A stretch of DNA of 64,000 nucleotides from Candidatus Bathyarchaeia archaeon (GCA_038883715.1 JAVZLS010000002.1:1-64000), one strand, 5' to 3'. Shown: positions 28,015 through 39,370, numbered from the stretch's first letter. Translations and numbers: made by a program. The notes: generated by a model not told the origin, from the sequence alone.

Positions 28015-28650
28015 CTATCTCACCCAGTCCATTGGTGTTATTAGGCTGTAGGTCTTCTTCAAAGCGTCAAAAACCGCATACGCAAAGGATGGAACGGTTC
28101 TTGTTGAACCGTAACTTCTTGTCCAGCAATCCTTTATTCCCGCAAGCCCAAGAATCACTTTTGCAACCTCGCTAGCAACCAAACCCAAACCTCTTGGTCC
28201 GGGGATTATAACGACTCTTACGCCGCCACATTTGCCCTCAACCTGGAACGGCACAGAGTGGGGTTTTCCACATCCACATTCCCAACTGCCGCATCCACGC
28301 CTTATTGGGACGAGGTTTAATCTAGCGTCTGCAGCCGCCTTCTCTATTGCAGTCCGCACTTGGCTTGCCTTTCCAGCCCCAAGCCCAATATAGCCGTCCC
28401 TATTTCCAACAGCAACTATCGCCTTAAACCTAGACTTTTCACCGGCGTCTGTTTGCTTCTGCACAAGATTTATGTTTATAACCTCTTCTTGAAGGTCCGG
28501 AAGCAAAGCATCAACAATCTGTGGCTCCCTTATGGGTAAGCCTTCCATAAAAACCTCTTCAATAGAGGTTATTTTACCTTCCTGAATCAGTTTTCCAAGA
28601 CGGGTTTTAGGAACCCACTCCTCCAAACTTCTAGCCCTATCCACTGCCAT
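28015..28650 (-). CDS. rps5: 30S ribosomal protein uS5
   Basis: [24 protein letters not shown]. Confidence 0.96.
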   Translation of the reverse strand: MAVDRARSLEEWVPKTRLGKLIQEGKITSIEEVFMEGLPIREPQIVDALLPDLQEEVININLVQKQTDAGEKSRFKAIVAVGNRDGYIGLGAGKASQVRTAIEKAAADARLNLVPIRRGCGSWECGCGKPHSVPFQVEGKCGGVRVVIIPGPRGLGLVASEVAKVILGLAGIKDCWTRSYGSTRTVPSFAYAVFDALKKTYSLITPMDWVR

Positions 28651-29254
28651 GGCTCTTACCTCCAATCTTAAAGGCGGCAATCACAGCCTTCTTAACCTCT
28701 GTAAAATGTTCTGGGAGGCTCTCCGGAGGAATCTTATTCTCAAGATACTTTGAGAATGCCGCCATATACTTCTCAGTGCTTACCGAGAGCATTTTTGCAT
28801 ACTGGGCTATGTGCATGCCTTGAATTCTCTTTTCGTCTGGCAGTTCCTCCTCTCCATGCGGGACACTTAAACCAGCATCCAAAACTCCCTTAAGGGCTGC
28901 GAAAACCCTTGCACCTTTCGTGGGAGAATGCAGTCCAATGTCTAAAACCGCCTCTTTAATGCCTTTCACTTTGGCTTTTAACCCGCATAAAAGTCCTGTT
29001 AAATAGGCTGCTGGAAGATTCCCCCTAGGAGCTTTCCAACCATAATTTTTTAGGAGTTCTCTGCTGTGGGCTGAAACCAAAACTTCGTCGCCGTGGGGTT
29101 TGGCAGCAACTATTTGGACAATGATGTTTTTAAGTGTGCCGCGAACCACAAGCCTAGGCTTTCTGGAGAGGATTAAGGCTTTTCTTTTCCGATAATTTGT
29201 TTTGCCCTCCCTTCTTCGGCGGTATGGTACACTATAACGTGAACTCCTTGCCAT
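28637..29254 (-). CDS. rpl18: 50S ribosomal protein uL18
   Basis: [19 protein letters not shown]. Confidence 0.96.
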   Translation of the reverse strand: MARSSRYSVPYRRRREGKTNYRKRKALILSRKPRLVVRGTLKNIIVQIVAAKPHGDEVLVSAHSRELLKNYGWKAPRGNLPAAYLTGLLCGLKAKVKGIKEAVLDIGLHSPTKGARVFAALKGVLDAGLSVPHGEEELPDEKRIQGMHIAQYAKMLSVSTEKYMAAFSKYLENKIPPESLPEHFTEVKKAVIAAFKIGGKSHGSG

Positions 29255-29709
29255 CAACGTTTCCTCCAGAGTTCATGAGCCTTTAGGAACCTCTCCATAT
29301 CGGCGACAGACGCGAACCTTCCGCTTTTAACCATTGTGTAAAGCTTTCTGTAAGTGTTTTCGGTGATTATTTTTTCAGCTTTTAATTCGCGAAGCCTTTT
29401 CCTTAAGGCTCGAACCTTGTTCATCCAAGCCTCCTTTTTAGAAATTTTAGCTTTGGCTGCACCGCTTCTGCTTCCAGGTCCCCGTCTCAAGCCTTTCTTC
29501 TTCTTTTGGTGAATAATTCTTGCTCTTGATCGGCTGACACCCTTCTCCTTTAAAGGCTTAATTACACCCTCGTGGATAAGCTTCCTAATTTCCTCGCGGG
29601 TTATGGCGGCTTCAACATCCTCTATCCTATTAGGGTCTATCCACACCCTATCCTGCCCAACCTTTAAAATTTGGGCTGCTAAGCGCCTCTGGCTTTTTAG
29701 ACTTGTCAC
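29254..29709 (-). CDS. rpl19e: 50S ribosomal protein eL19
   Basis: QRRLAA, RVWIDP, GPGSRSG. Confidence 0.96.
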   Translation of the reverse strand: MTSLKSQRRLAAQILKVGQDRVWIDPNRIEDVEAAITREEIRKLIHEGVIKPLKEKGVSRSRARIIHQKKKKGLRRGPGSRSGAAKAKISKKEAWMNKVRALRKRLRELKAEKIITENTYRKLYTMVKSGRFASVADMERFLKAHELWRKR

Positions 29710-30257
29710 TATTCTTTCTCTCCTCCTTCGCTTTTCTTTGTCCTTTTCCGTTTTGGTTTCACTTCAACTGGCTTTTCTTTTTCTTCCTCCTCAGCCTCTT
29801 TTCCAGTCTCTTTCTCTCCTTCAGCTTCGGCTTTCTCCACTTCCTTCTTCTTTTCCTCTTCCTTAACCCCCACGTTCAAAACTGTTATTTTCTTCTTCCT
29901 TGCCTCCGCAAGAATTTGTAATCTGATTCTTCTACCAACTGTGTGGGCAATCCGCACGGCTTGAGTTTTAGGGTTCACCTTCTTAAGTTCATCAACATTA
30001 TGCACTAAAACCTCTTCATAACCTGATGGATGGAGCCCCCTAGCAGCTTTCGGTCCTCTGTATCCAACATTTACAGTGGCGGGCCACCCCTTAATTTTTC
30101 TCCGCATTTTATTGTCTATGCCCTTTGGTCTGCGCCAGTTCTCCTTTAACCTGTCGTAACGCCAGCTTTCCTGTCGCACAAAGTCAGGCTTTTTCTTTTT
30201 CAGTTTAGTCCTTATCTTCAGGGCTTTTTCTACGGTGGCGACGTTCTGCTCTTTCAT
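29709..30257 (-). CDS. rpl32e: 50S ribosomal protein eL32 with charged C-terminal tail
   Basis: [18 protein letters not shown]. Confidence 0.95.
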   Translation of the reverse strand: MKEQNVATVEKALKIRTKLKKKKPDFVRQESWRYDRLKENWRRPKGIDNKMRRKIKGWPATVNVGYRGPKAARGLHPSGYEEVLVHNVDELKKVNPKTQAVRIAHTVGRRIRLQILAEARKKKITVLNVGVKEEEKKKEVEKAEAEGEKETGKEAEEEEKEKPVEVKPKRKRTKKSEGGEKE

Positions 30258-30802
30258 GCTTCCATTCCCTCACTTTTCTCGTATAGGTATATGCCATCCA
30301 AGAAGACGCGGGGGTCTTTCCTTCGCACTTTTGTGGCTTGTTCTATGTTTGCGGCTGTTTGGCTTACTTCTTCAAGATTTATTCCTTGAACAATTATGTC
30401 GTCGCCAGAAACCTTCACCTTTGCACTGCCAACAATTTTCGCTTTCCTCGGGTTTCTCTCACCAGTAAAGTTCTCGATTAACACCATTCCATCTTGAACT
30501 TTGACAGAAATTGGGAAGTGAGAAAAAACTATTTTCAGTTTATATGTGAAGCCTTTCCCAACCCCGGTAATCATGTTATTAATGTGAGCGTGAATTGTGC
30601 CAACTAGGGCGCTCTCCTTTTTCCGAGGCCAGTTAGCCCAAATGCGAAGACTTTTGCCTTGGAGCTCCATTGAGACAGGCGCGTATGAAAAGTCTCTGGT
30701 TAAGGTTCCCTTTGTGCCTTTAACCGTCACTTTCTTGCCTTCTAGGGTCAATTCCACGTCGTCTGGAATTTGAACGACTTTTGAGACTTCAACAGCCCGC
30801 AT
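30254..30802 (-). CDS. rpl6: 50S ribosomal protein uL6
   Basis: [20 protein letters not shown]. Confidence 0.96.
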   Translation of the reverse strand: MRAVEVSKVVQIPDDVELTLEGKKVTVKGTKGTLTRDFSYAPVSMELQGKSLRIWANWPRKKESALVGTIHAHINNMITGVGKGFTYKLKIVFSHFPISVKVQDGMVLIENFTGERNPRKAKIVGSAKVKVSGDDIIVQGINLEEVSQTAANIEQATKVRRKDPRVFLDGIYLYEKSEGMEA

Positions 30803-30815
30803 TTGCCAAAACCTC

Positions 30816-31199
30816 CTAGTAAACGTAGGCTAAGAGTCTGCCTCCAATGCCCTTTTCTCTGGCCTCCTTATGAGATAATACCCCTCTCGGAGTTGAGATT
30901 ATTAGGAGACCAACCTCTCTAGATGGCAGAAACTTCTTCTCCCAGTCTTCAATTTCATCAACTTTAACGGCGAAGCGTGGTCTTATGGCGCCGCACTTGT
31001 TTATCCTGCCTAAAAGTTGGACTTTGAACTTTCCTGAACGCCCATCGTCTATAAATTCGAATTCGCCGATGTAACCGTTTAACTGCATAACCCTCAAGAC
31101 CTTGCCTAAAAGTTTAGAGGCTGGGCTAATCACACATTCACGTTTGTTGCGTATCTCGTTGTTCAGGATTGTTGTCAAGCCGTTTGACAGCACATCCAT
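30816..31199 (-). CDS. rps8: 30S ribosomal protein uS8
   Basis: [23 protein letters not shown]. Confidence 0.96.
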   Translation of the reverse strand: MDVLSNGLTTILNNEIRNKRECVISPASKLLGKVLRVMQLNGYIGEFEFIDDGRSGKFKVQLLGRINKCGAIRPRFAVKVDEIEDWEKKFLPSREVGLLIISTPRGVLSHKEAREKGIGGRLLAYVY

Positions 31200-31212
31200 T
31201 GTGCTTTCCTCA

Positions 31213-31377
31213 TCACTCATATTTTTGGAACCCAAGCTTTTTGGCTACTTCCCTAAAACAATGCCTACACAAATATAAATTATAACGCCGGATAATAGGC
31301 CCATAAGAACCGCATCTAACACATGGCCTAGCGCCTTTGCCGTATTTTCTTTCCTTTTTAGGTTTCTTTTTACCCAT
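31213..31377 (-). CDS. rps14: 30S ribosomal protein uS14
   Basis: Manual translation (54 aa, below the ORF cutoff): [54 protein letters not shown]. Confidence 0.95.
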   Translation of the reverse strand: MGKKKPKKERKYGKGARPCVRCGSYGPIIRRYNLYLCRHCFREVAKKLGFQKYE

Positions 31378-31396
31378 AAAACTCCCTCTGCATAGC

Positions 31397-31942
31397 CTAG
31401 ACTATTTCAACCCCCAAAGTGTCTTTAACAAAAACCATAGCCTCCTCCGGTGTTAAGACGTGGCTTGAACCTATTTTCGCTTTGCATCTAAGTCTATTTT
31501 TAACACGCCATCCGGGTCGACTCAGCGAAACGCAAACGTCCATGCCGAAAATCCCTATTTCCGGGTCATACTTGATCCCGGGAATTTCTATGTGCTCCTT
31601 TATTCCAAAGGCGAAATTTCCAAACTTGTCAAAACAGCTTTTCGGAATCTTATAATCAACCACGTACAAAACCTTTTTTAAGAATTCTATGGCTTTCTGC
31701 TTTCTAAGCGTGACAACGCAGGCCATCGGTTCGCCTCTTCTTATTCCAAAATCCCTAATGGTTTTCTTTGCCTTCCTTTTGCACGGCGTCTGTCCAGTTA
31801 AATCCTTCAACACCTTCGTAGCTTTTTCAAGAGGCTCCCCGGACTTTCCAACACTTATGTTGACAACAACTTTGTCTATCCTTGGTTTAAGCATTGGATT
31901 TTCTTCCCATCTTTTCCTAATCTCGTCCTCAGACATTTTCAT
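31397..31942 (-). CDS. rpl5: 50S ribosomal protein uL5
   Basis: [26 protein letters not shown]. Confidence 0.96.
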   Translation of the reverse strand: MKMSEDEIRKRWEENPMLKPRIDKVVVNISVGKSGEPLEKATKVLKDLTGQTPCKRKAKKTIRDFGIRRGEPMACVVTLRKQKAIEFLKKVLYVVDYKIPKSCFDKFGNFAFGIKEHIEIPGIKYDPEIGIFGMDVCVSLSRPGWRVKNRLRCKAKIGSSHVLTPEEAMVFVKDTLGVEIV

Positions 31943-32697
31943 TGAGCCTCCGGTAGAGATATCAGCGGTTTAGTCTCGCCTATTGCGAAAACGAACTCCA
32001 TCACTGTCTGGTAGCGGTTGCCCTTCTCGTCTTCCACTGTTACTATGGCGTCCTTGCGTTTCTTGCCCTTAACTTTCTCAATTTCAATGATTCTGCCACG
32101 TTTTCCCATGTTTTTGCCGCCGGTTATTATAACGTAATCGTTCTCCTTCATTTTGATGTGTTCAAGGATTTGCCTATCTGGAAGGCTAATCTTGACCGTG
32201 TCAAAAGTGTTGTAAACATCCTCTTGCGGGTTCTTTGGGTCGGCAACTTTAACAAGCACGTTTGAGCCGTCATGGAGGTTCAGTTGTATATGCCCATTTT
32301 TCACGATGGTTTTATTCTCTATTCTGCAAAGCTTGAAGTTGGCTTCTTCCTTGCAAATGGGATGAAGGATTAAGCCCTTATGGGAAGGCAAAATGCGGAA
32401 ATGCTTATCCAAATCTGGAAGCGAAACCACATCCATAAGTCCCGTCGGAAACTTGTCGCCGCGCCTCACTTTCCCGTCAACGTAAACCTTTCCCTGCGCA
32501 GCTATTATTTTTGCTTCCCTTCTTGTTTTTGCGACTCCCAAAATGTCACGTAAAAGAAGGGTTATGGGCAAACAGTTTTCTAGGGAATGGGGGCCGGGGG
32601 TTGGCTTTACAACCCAGATAAACTCCTTTCTATGTATTGGCCAGATTTTCGGCGCCGGCTTACGTTTAAGGGTTGTTGAGCCGCCTTTTCTACCCAA
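31939..32697 (-). CDS. rps4e: 30S ribosomal protein eS4
   Basis: PTPGPH, VDGKVR, QLNLHDG. Confidence 0.96.
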   Translation of the reverse strand: MGRKGGSTTLKRKPAPKIWPIHRKEFIWVVKPTPGPHSLENCLPITLLLRDILGVAKTRREAKIIAAQGKVYVDGKVRRGDKFPTGLMDVVSLPDLDKHFRILPSHKGLILHPICKEEANFKLCRIENKTIVKNGHIQLNLHDGSNVLVKVADPKNPQEDVYNTFDTVKISLPDRQILEHIKMKENDYVIITGGKNMGKRGRIIEIEKVKGKKRKDAIVTVEDEKGNRYQTVMEFVFAIGETKPLISLPEAQ

Positions 32698-33319
32698 GTT
32701 CAGATTCCTCCGCTTTTTTGCGCCTTCTCGCAGCCTTTTCCTTTTTCTCCGCCGCTTTTTCTTCCACTTTTTCTTCGCCCTTTTCCTTCGTCTTCTTTGC
32801 AGCTCTTTTTCTTCTCGTCGGCTTTTTCTTTTTGGCTGGCAACTCTTCTACTGCTGGAGGCTTTTCCTCAACTGGTTTTTCTTCAACAACCTTCACCACT
32901 TCCTCTGAGGGTTTCTCCACGATTTTTTCCGCAGCTTCTTTGGCTTTCTTACACCTTTCAAGAATCTTTTTTCGCCATTTATCGTCAAGGTTAAGCTTCG
33001 TTATCATAACCTTTGACGGGTGAACTGGAACAAAAACTGTTGACCCGTCAACCTTCTCGCGGGTTAATCCTTCAACATAAATTCTGAACTTTTTCCTATC
33101 AACACGAGCAACTTTCCCCTCAAATCCCTTATGGTCCCCCCTCAAGACGTGAACAGTGTCACCGCTTCTCACTGGAAGGCTTCTAGTTCCATAGGACTTT
33201 CTTAGCTCCGGCGATAAGGGAGCCGAAAAATGCTTGTAGCGTATGTGGTCTGGAGCTTGGAAAAGCATTTTCCTTTGCTTTGAAGGTTTTGATGTTCTGG
33301 CTATTGCTTGCATAACCAT
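32690..33319 (-). CDS. rpl24: 50S ribosomal protein uL24 with long K/E-rich tail
   Basis: [22 protein letters not shown]. Confidence 0.95.
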   Translation of the reverse strand: MVMQAIARTSKPSKQRKMLFQAPDHIRYKHFSAPLSPELRKSYGTRSLPVRSGDTVHVLRGDHKGFEGKVARVDRKKFRIYVEGLTREKVDGSTVFVPVHPSKVMITKLNLDDKWRKKILERCKKAKEAAEKIVEKPSEEVVKVVEEKPVEEKPPAVEELPAKKKKPTRRKRAAKKTKEKGEEKVEEKAAEKKEKAARRRKKAEESELG

Positions 33320-33328
33320 TTCACCATG

Positions 33329-33769
33329 CTATACGATAATGCTGGCGGCGCTCGCTATTCTCGGCCACCTTTCAGCCGCCTCCTTTGCCACTGGCCCGCG
33401 AATTTCAGAGCCTTTCATTTCACCTTCCGGCGTTATTATCACTGCCGCATTATCCTCAAATTGAACCCAAACGCCGTCAGTCCTCCGGAAGGGCATCCTC
33501 TGCCTAACAACAACTGCTTGGAAGATTTTCTTCCGCATATCAGGAGTACCATGCTTAACCGAAACGGTTATACGGTCGCCAACCGCGGCGGAAGGCACAC
33601 GCCTAAGCCTACCCTTATAGCCCATAACCTGTATTAGGCGAAGTTCGCGGGCTCCAGTGTTGTCTGCACATTTCAAGATGGAGCCAGCTGGCAGCCCCCT
33701 AGAGATTTTTGGTCTTTGACCAATTACTCCCCTTGCAATCAAGCCCCTTGTTTTCGCCTTCGCCGCCAT
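33329..33769 (-). CDS. rpl14: 50S ribosomal protein uL14
   Basis: [26 protein letters not shown]. Confidence 0.97.
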   Translation of the reverse strand: MAAKAKTRGLIARGVIGQRPKISRGLPAGSILKCADNTGARELRLIQVMGYKGRLRRVPSAAVGDRITVSVKHGTPDMRKKIFQAVVVRQRMPFRRTDGVWVQFEDNAAVIITPEGEMKGSEIRGPVAKEAAERWPRIASAASIIV

Positions 33770-33770
33770 T

Positions 33771-34097
33771 CTACTTCACCTCCTCCTTCTTCTCCACAAC
33801 TACAAAGGAGACAGTTTTGCTTATTGGGCGGCATTCAGCTATTACCACGCGGTCGCCTTCTTTTGCGTCTATGCATGGCGGATTATGGGATGGAATACGG
33901 CTGCGCCGCCTTTCATACCGCATGAACTTTGGAACATACTTCAAATAGTCATGACGAACGATGACAGTTTTGTCCATTTTCGCGCTTACAACCACACCTT
34001 CCAATATGCGGCCTCTTATTGGAAGACTCCCATGGAATGGGCAATTCCTATCATTGCAAGTTTTCTTGGGCTTCTTAAAGGTTATCGCCATCACCAA
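33771..34097 (-). CDS. rps17: 30S ribosomal protein uS17
   Basis: [13 protein letters not shown]. Confidence 0.96.
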   Translation of the reverse strand: MVMAITFKKPKKTCNDRNCPFHGSLPIRGRILEGVVVSAKMDKTVIVRHDYLKYVPKFMRYERRRSRIPSHNPPCIDAKEGDRVVIAECRPISKTVSFVVVEKKEEVK

Positions 34098-34372
34098 AGC
34101 CTCCTAACACGCTTTTTAAGACGGTCTTCGGGTCTTCCAACGAGAAGCTTGCCATCAATTTCAACAACAGTTCCGTCCGGAAACTTGAAATGAAAAACAG
34201 AGGACTCCTTCACAACAACTTTTCTTTCACCACCATGGAGTAAAGTAAACGTGTTCCGAGTCTCATCGATAACCTTGCCGCGTAACCCAACATAACCCCT
34301 ATGAGTGCTGCGGGCAACCTTCACCTCAGTCCCAATAAACTCATAACGTATAATGTCGGGCGTCACCTTCAC
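34091..34372 (-). CDS. rnp1: RNase P protein component 1 (Rpp29)
   Basis: EFIG, GKVIDETRNT, RPEDRLK. Confidence 0.93.
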   Translation of the reverse strand: MKVTPDIIRYEFIGTEVKVARSTHRGYVGLRGKVIDETRNTFTLLHGGERKVVVKESSVFHFKFPDGTVVEIDGKLLVGRPEDRLKKRVRRLW

Positions 34373-34608
34373 TTACGCGCCCTCCCCTTGCCTTCTGTTG
34401 TTTTAGCTTTCAGTTTCTGCTCGTTCTCTATGGTTAATATTCTGGCAATAGCCCTCCGCAACTCCTTTATTCGAGCAGGGTTTTCCACTGTGCCGCCGGC
34501 CTTAATCATAGTTTTAAGCCTAAGAAGTTCTGTTCTAAACTCGTTGAGCTTTTTACGTCGCTCTTCTGGTGGCATTTCCCTTATTTCCTTAACTCTAATT
34601 ATGGGCAT
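34369..34608 (-). CDS. rpl29: 50S ribosomal protein uL29
   Basis: ENPARIKELRRAIARILT. Confidence 0.95.
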   Translation of the reverse strand: MPIIRVKEIREMPPEERRKKLNEFRTELLRLKTMIKAGGTVENPARIKELRRAIARILTIENEQKLKAKTTEGKGRARK

Positions 34609-35316
34609 TTACTTGGTTGCCTCCTCACCTTCCGCCTCTTCACCACTGGTCTCTTCAGTCTCTGCCGTGGCTTCTTCAACAGCCTCTTCGACGGTTTCTT
34701 CGAGTTTCTCCTCTGCTGGCGGAGCTTCAACTATTTGGATTTTATCTGGAAACTTGGCGTCCGGAGGCATTATTCTAACCTTGACGCCGTAAATGCCCGG
34801 CTTAAGTTGGACATGCACCTCGGCTTTGCGCATATACTTTAAGGCTGGGTCTCCACACTTTGGCAAGTAACCACTCCTAAACTTTTCATATCTGGCTCGT
34901 TCAGTCCGCAGTTTTCCACTAATGATTATTTCTACCCCCAAGGCTCCAGCCTCCATGACTTGGTTTAAAGCCCAGAAACCCGCGCGCCTGAAGTGTACGC
35001 CCCTTTGCAAGGCTGAGGCTATACGTGTGGCAACAATGTATGGGTTCAGCTCGGGGACCTCAATTTCTGAAACTGAGATTTGGGGGTTGGAGACCTTGAA
35101 TTTTTCTTCCAATATTTTCGCGAGTTCCCTTATGGTTTCGCCGCTTCTCCCTATCACAAGTCCGGGGCGCATGGCATAGATGACCACATGTGTTCCAAGA
35201 GGGGTTTCTGAAATGTTTACCCCGCCGTAGCCAGCCTTTTCGAGTTTTTTCTGCAGAAACTCGTCGATTTCCGCCCTCTTCCTAGACTTTGAAATAAAAT
35301 GTTTTACGACAGCCAT
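34609..35316 (-). CDS. rps3: 30S ribosomal protein uS3
   Basis: RPGLVIGRSG, GVEIIISGK; acidic tail. Confidence 0.96.
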   Translation of the reverse strand: MAVVKHFISKSRKRAEIDEFLQKKLEKAGYGGVNISETPLGTHVVIYAMRPGLVIGRSGETIRELAKILEEKFKVSNPQISVSEIEVPELNPYIVATRIASALQRGVHFRRAGFWALNQVMEAGALGVEIIISGKLRTERARYEKFRSGYLPKCGDPALKYMRKAEVHVQLKPGIYGVKVRIMPPDAKFPDKIQIVEAPPAEEKLEETVEEAVEEATAETEETSGEEAEGEEATK

Positions 35317-35807
35317 TAGGCCTCCTCCGCGGCTACTTCGGGCTGCTCTTCCAAGGCTAGTTCAATGTGGGTTAGGGTTTCAAATTTTGGTGTGGCTCTT
35401 CCAAAAGCCCTAGGCATGTACCGCCTAATCTTCATTCCAGGATAAGCCGAAGCATGAATTATCTTGAGCCTTTCCGTGTCTAATCCCTTATTTTCAGCGT
35501 TGGCTTCCGCCCCCTCAAGAACTTTAAGAATTTGCTTTGCCGCCTTTATGGGATATCTGCCAGCATAAGCCTTTTCCAGTCCATGACGGTGAGCGGCCTT
35601 CTTCCTAAACCTTGTGAATGGAACAGCCCTCTTTTTGGCTATAACATCCCTCAAAAACGTTTTAGCTTCTATAAGCATCATGCCCTTTATTGCATTACAT
35701 ACTTCGCGGGCGGATTTATGGGATACCCTAACCTCTCGCCCGCTTGCCTTAACCGTTTTCTCGGGGTCTAATGCCTCTTCTGGTATGGAGTATCCCCATT
35801 TTGGCAC
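35316..35807 (-). CDS. rpl22: 50S ribosomal protein uL22
   Basis: GRYPIKAA, PRAFGRA; start trimmed to GTG 35807 after a GGAG RBS. Confidence 0.94.
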   Translation of the reverse strand: MPKWGYSIPEEALDPEKTVKASGREVRVSHKSAREVCNAIKGMMLIEAKTFLRDVIAKKRAVPFTRFRKKAAHRHGLEKAYAGRYPIKAAKQILKVLEGAEANAENKGLDTERLKIIHASAYPGMKIRRYMPRAFGRATPKFETLTHIELALEEQPEVAAEEA

Positions 35808-36030
35808 TCGATAGACTCTCCAACTGTGCAATTGAACAGCTACATGGCGGTTTATATGGTTTTCCATAAACCAGTACATTCTAAAGTTCGCCTAACACAA
35901 CAAAACCTGTATCTCTTAACAATTAAGTGAATCTGGTCCGTAGGTGTCCCGCCAAAATAAACCGTCTCATAAATCTTCGATGCGTTTATGTTTAACCAAG
36001 ACTTTATTGACATCAAAACGGTGAATCCCG

Positions 36031-37101
36031 ATGAAAAAGAACGAACATATTACAATGCTGCACGGCGCCGGCGGAACAGTAATGCACGACCTCGTCAAAA
36101 ACTACATCCTAAAATACTTTAGCAGCGCTAAAAACGCAAGTTTTGAAGTGCCCCTTGAGGCGTTAGATGATGCTGCAGTTGTCGGCGACATTGTTTTGAA
36201 AAGCGACTCCCACGCTGTCAAGCCAATTTTTTTCTCAGGCGGGGATATTGGACGCTTGGCTATTTCCGGCACCGTTAATGATATTGCTGTTTTGGGAGCC
36301 GAACCATACGCTTTGGCGTGCGGCTTCATATTGGAAGAGGGACTAGCCCTATCCGATTTTGAGAGAATTTTGGCAAGCATGATGCAAACATGCCAAGAGG
36401 CTGGTGTCAGCATCGTCACAGGCGACACAAAAGTTGTGGAGAAGGGAAGCCTAGGCGGATGCATAGTTAACGTTTCAGGAATTGGTAGAAGAACAAAAGC
36501 CCTAGAAAAAAATCTGGCTGTTGTAAAACGCTTTAGAGGCAACTTTAAAACTCGCTGGATTTTAGATTCAAACCTCAGACCCGGAGACAAAATAATATTG
36601 TCCGGCACGATAGGCGACCATGGCTTGGCGGTTTTGTCAGCCCAAGAGGGCTTAAGCTTTGGAGGCGAAATAAAATCCGATGTTAAACCCTTAAACCGCC
36701 TTATCCAGCGCTTATTAGGGGAGGTAGGCGGCATAGTTGCCATGAAAGACCCAACCCGCGGCGGGTTGGCAGACGCCTTAAACGAGTTCAGCGAAAAATC
36801 AAAAGTGGGCATACTAATCCACGAAGAAAAAATTCCAATAAAGGACAATGTAAGAGCGGCATGTGAAATGCTAGGCTTAGACCCGCTCGAAGTCGGCAAT
36901 GAAGGAAAAATAGTTATAGGCGTGTTAAGGGAGAAGGCAGAAGAAGTTTTACAATTCTTAAAAGCCACAGAAGAAGGCAAGGAAGCAGAAATCATAGGCG
37001 AGGCAACAGGCGCCTTCAACGGAGTAGCCATGCAAACAGTGGTGGGCGGAAAAAGAATAATAGCAAGACCATTAGGCGACCCAGTCCCAAGAATATGCTA
37101 A
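36031..37101 (+). CDS. hypE: Hydrogenase maturation protein HypE
   Basis: HGAGG, GTVNDIA, TGDTKVV, DPTRGG, C-terminal PRIC. Confidence 0.96.
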   Translation: MKKNEHITMLHGAGGTVMHDLVKNYILKYFSSAKNASFEVPLEALDDAAVVGDIVLKSDSHAVKPIFFSGGDIGRLAISGTVNDIAVLGAEPYALACGFILEEGLALSDFERILASMMQTCQEAGVSIVTGDTKVVEKGSLGGCIVNVSGIGRRTKALEKNLAVVKRFRGNFKTRWILDSNLRPGDKIILSGTIGDHGLAVLSAQEGLSFGGEIKSDVKPLNRLIQRLLGEVGGIVAMKDPTRGGLADALNEFSEKSKVGILIHEEKIPIKDNVRAACEMLGLDPLEVGNEGKIVIGVLREKAEEVLQFLKATEEGKEAEIIGEATGAFNGVAMQTVVGGKRIIARPLGDPVPRIC

Positions 37102-37175
37102 CCTAATGAAAAGTCTTTTAGCCAAACCATGCCATAAATAAGAGGCGCAAGTAGTAGAAAAAGAAGGGAAAATAT

Positions 37176-37781
37176 GTGAAAGTGAATTATGTTGGCATTA
37201 TCGGAGGCATACTGGCATTCATCAGCTTAGCACTACCATGGTGGGTTATGACTATGTCCATGTCAGCGGGCGAGATTATCCCCTATTCCATTTCAATGGA
37301 CCTCTCAATTTATCCATATAAAAGAACACTGTCCGCATCTGCGATGGGGATGTCCATGTCGCTAGATATCTCCATGGACGCTTGGTATGGTTGGACCGCC
37401 TTAGCTTTTATTATAGTAGGCGGTGTACTAGGAATTTTGGGCAGTATAGTATCTGGTAAAAGAGCGATATTGGCTATTGGTGGAATAATCGCCCTACTTT
37501 CAATCATAATTTTTGCAGCAGGACTGCAGATAGAGCTTTCGCAAGGTATGTCAATACCACCACTAGGGACAGGCACACCACTTCAACTACCTACGTTAGG
37601 TCTATTCTCTAGTGGATCCTTTAGTTTCATGGGAATGCCCATAAACTATTCGACTTATTTGTCATTTGGATTTTGGCTTGCTCTCATTGCAGCAATCATA
37701 ATGTTAGCCGCTATTAAAAGAGCTGAAAAAGTTGCGCCACCACCCCAAGTGCCAGCTCCGGCGCCGCCTCCGCCGCCATAA
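37176..37781 (+). CDS. Four-TM membrane protein with Pro-rich C-terminus
   Basis: LPWW after TM1, GFWLAL in the last TM, tail PPPQVPAPAPPPPP. Confidence 0.75.
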   Translation: MKVNYVGIIGGILAFISLALPWWVMTMSMSAGEIIPYSISMDLSIYPYKRTLSASAMGMSMSLDISMDAWYGWTALAFIIVGGVLGILGSIVSGKRAILAIGGIIALLSIIIFAAGLQIELSQGMSIPPLGTGTPLQLPTLGLFSSGSFSFMGMPINYSTYLSFGFWLALIAAIIMLAAIKRAEKVAPPPQVPAPAPPPPP

Positions 37782-37841
37782 CCAGACTACCATCCAACAA
37801 CCATTTTTTAATTTCATATATGGAAAGTGTTGAATGTTGAG

Positions 37842-38159
37842 CTAGGCGTATTTTTTGCATGTGTAGCAGTACCATCTTTGATATTGCGGAATATACGTTA
37901 GCGGTCCTTTGCAGGTGGGACATGTTGGCTGCGTTTGTGCTTGTTCTGGTTTTAGGAGCACAAAATCTCCTACAGCTTGTACTTCATCCCATAAGATGTT
38001 TCTGCTTTCGCCCTTCTTGCCTTCTACGTATAGGGATATGCCTGCTCTTCCAACAATGAATGAGACGTCTTTAACCGTTCCTACAATGCGTCCTTCAGCA
38101 TCTATAACCTGCATCCCAAGAAGCATATCCTTAGTAACAGCCTTTTCCTGTTTAGCCAT
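37842..38159 (-). CDS. PRC-barrel protein with C-terminal zinc ribbon
   Basis: LLGMQVIDAEGRIVGTVKDV...VQAVGDFVLL plus CPTC...WYCYTC. Confidence 0.85.
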   Translation of the reverse strand: MAKQEKAVTKDMLLGMQVIDAEGRIVGTVKDVSFIVGRAGISLYVEGKKGESRNILWDEVQAVGDFVLLKPEQAQTQPTCPTCKGPLTYIPQYQRWYCYTCKKYA

Positions 38160-38326
38160 ACCTTTCTCACCTCTCCAACTAATATTGAATTATTAATTCA
38201 TAGAGTTGATTTAAATAAGTTTCCTTCACATGTTAAATTGCGCCAATAACTCCTTGTATAAACAATGAAGATCGTTGCAAAGTTTTTTAAAGAAAGACGG
38301 AATAAACCATAAGGCTGGTGTAGAAA

Positions 38327-39337
38327 ATGAGTGAAGAAAGAGTCACCACTTCCAGTTTAGTTAGTCAAGGAAGAAACATAGGCTACTATGCTGCTCTCTT
38401 ATATGGCGCTGGATACATCTTGGCATTCATAGGCATTCTAACCCTAATCATAATCTTTATCATAGTGTTCCTTGGGGCGGCTGGTCCATTACTTCAGTAT
38501 ATGCCATCCGAGCTTATTGCTAGCTTAGTAATATACCTTATCGCCATGGTATTTGGAATAATTTTCGGCGCGTCCATTATCAGAAGTGCAAAGGCTGTTA
38601 GAACATCCGAGATAAATCTTAATGCTGTGGCATCACCAGTTTCTAGGTTCTCAACGATGCTAATATTATATGGAATAGGCAATACTATTCTAGCATCTGC
38701 TCTTAAAGCATCGCTTGTGGGACCAATCTGTGGAATCATTGGAGCGGTCTTGCTTCTAATGGGTTTCAGAACATATCAAAGTGGAGCTGCAAGCGAATCT
38801 AAACTTATGGGCGCGATTCTAATGTTGGTGTCATTAATCCTCGTATATTTTATAGCAACGCCTCAGTCAATTCTTAACGCTTTATCTGGAGGCTACGGAT
38901 ACGCATACCCTTCCATAATACCAACCGGGTTCTTCCCAGTATCTTATCTCTTTTCAGAGCCAAGGCTTGAATTTATTGCTTTGCTATTAGCGGTTATAGG
39001 CGCACTAATGTTCGCCCTTCGAGTTTTCGGTGAGAAAATGCAGCATGCCATCGCTGGTGTAATTTTGTCTATTAGTGGATTACTTTTTTCCATAGGTGTT
39101 ATGTACATAAACTTTACATCAGCTTCAAGTATAAGCAGTATACTTGGATACCTATCCTCTTACGCGCCATTGCTATCAGTATTGTGGATAACCGTCATTG
39201 GAATGATACTCCTAGGAATAGGCGGCATCATGGCATTAATAGCCTCAATAATACCACTAGTCTCAACCGCAACTCAGCTATCTGCACAAATACCGGCAGC
39301 AGCCCCTCCGCCCCCGCCTCCACCGCCCCCAAGCTGA
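38327..39337 (+). CDS. Multi-TM membrane protein with poly-Pro C-terminus
   Basis: About 8 TM; ends AAAPPPPPPPPPS. Confidence 0.75.
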   Translation: MSEERVTTSSLVSQGRNIGYYAALLYGAGYILAFIGILTLIIIFIIVFLGAAGPLLQYMPSELIASLVIYLIAMVFGIIFGASIIRSAKAVRTSEINLNAVASPVSRFSTMLILYGIGNTILASALKASLVGPICGIIGAVLLLMGFRTYQSGAASESKLMGAILMLVSLILVYFIATPQSILNALSGGYGYAYPSIIPTGFFPVSYLFSEPRLEFIALLLAVIGALMFALRVFGEKMQHAIAGVILSISGLLFSIGVMYINFTSASSISSILGYLSSYAPLLSVLWITVIGMILLGIGGIMALIASIIPLVSTATQLSAQIPAAAPPPPPPPPPS

Positions 39338-39370
39338 AGTCAAGCAAACGTTCTTTCCACTTTTTTATTT

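Noticed and set aside
34606-34611. In-frame stop-start junction rps3/rpl29
   Set aside because: Ordinary tight operon packing with a TAA stop.
35821-35872. Hairpins in the ribosomal operon leader
   Set aside because: Short and partly coincident with the BRE/TATA; not enough to call an autoregulatory RNA.
36102-37031. 309-aa antisense ORF
   Set aside because: Lies wholly opposite hypE with no recognisable motifs; a codon-bias shadow, like the many other antisense ORFs in the track.
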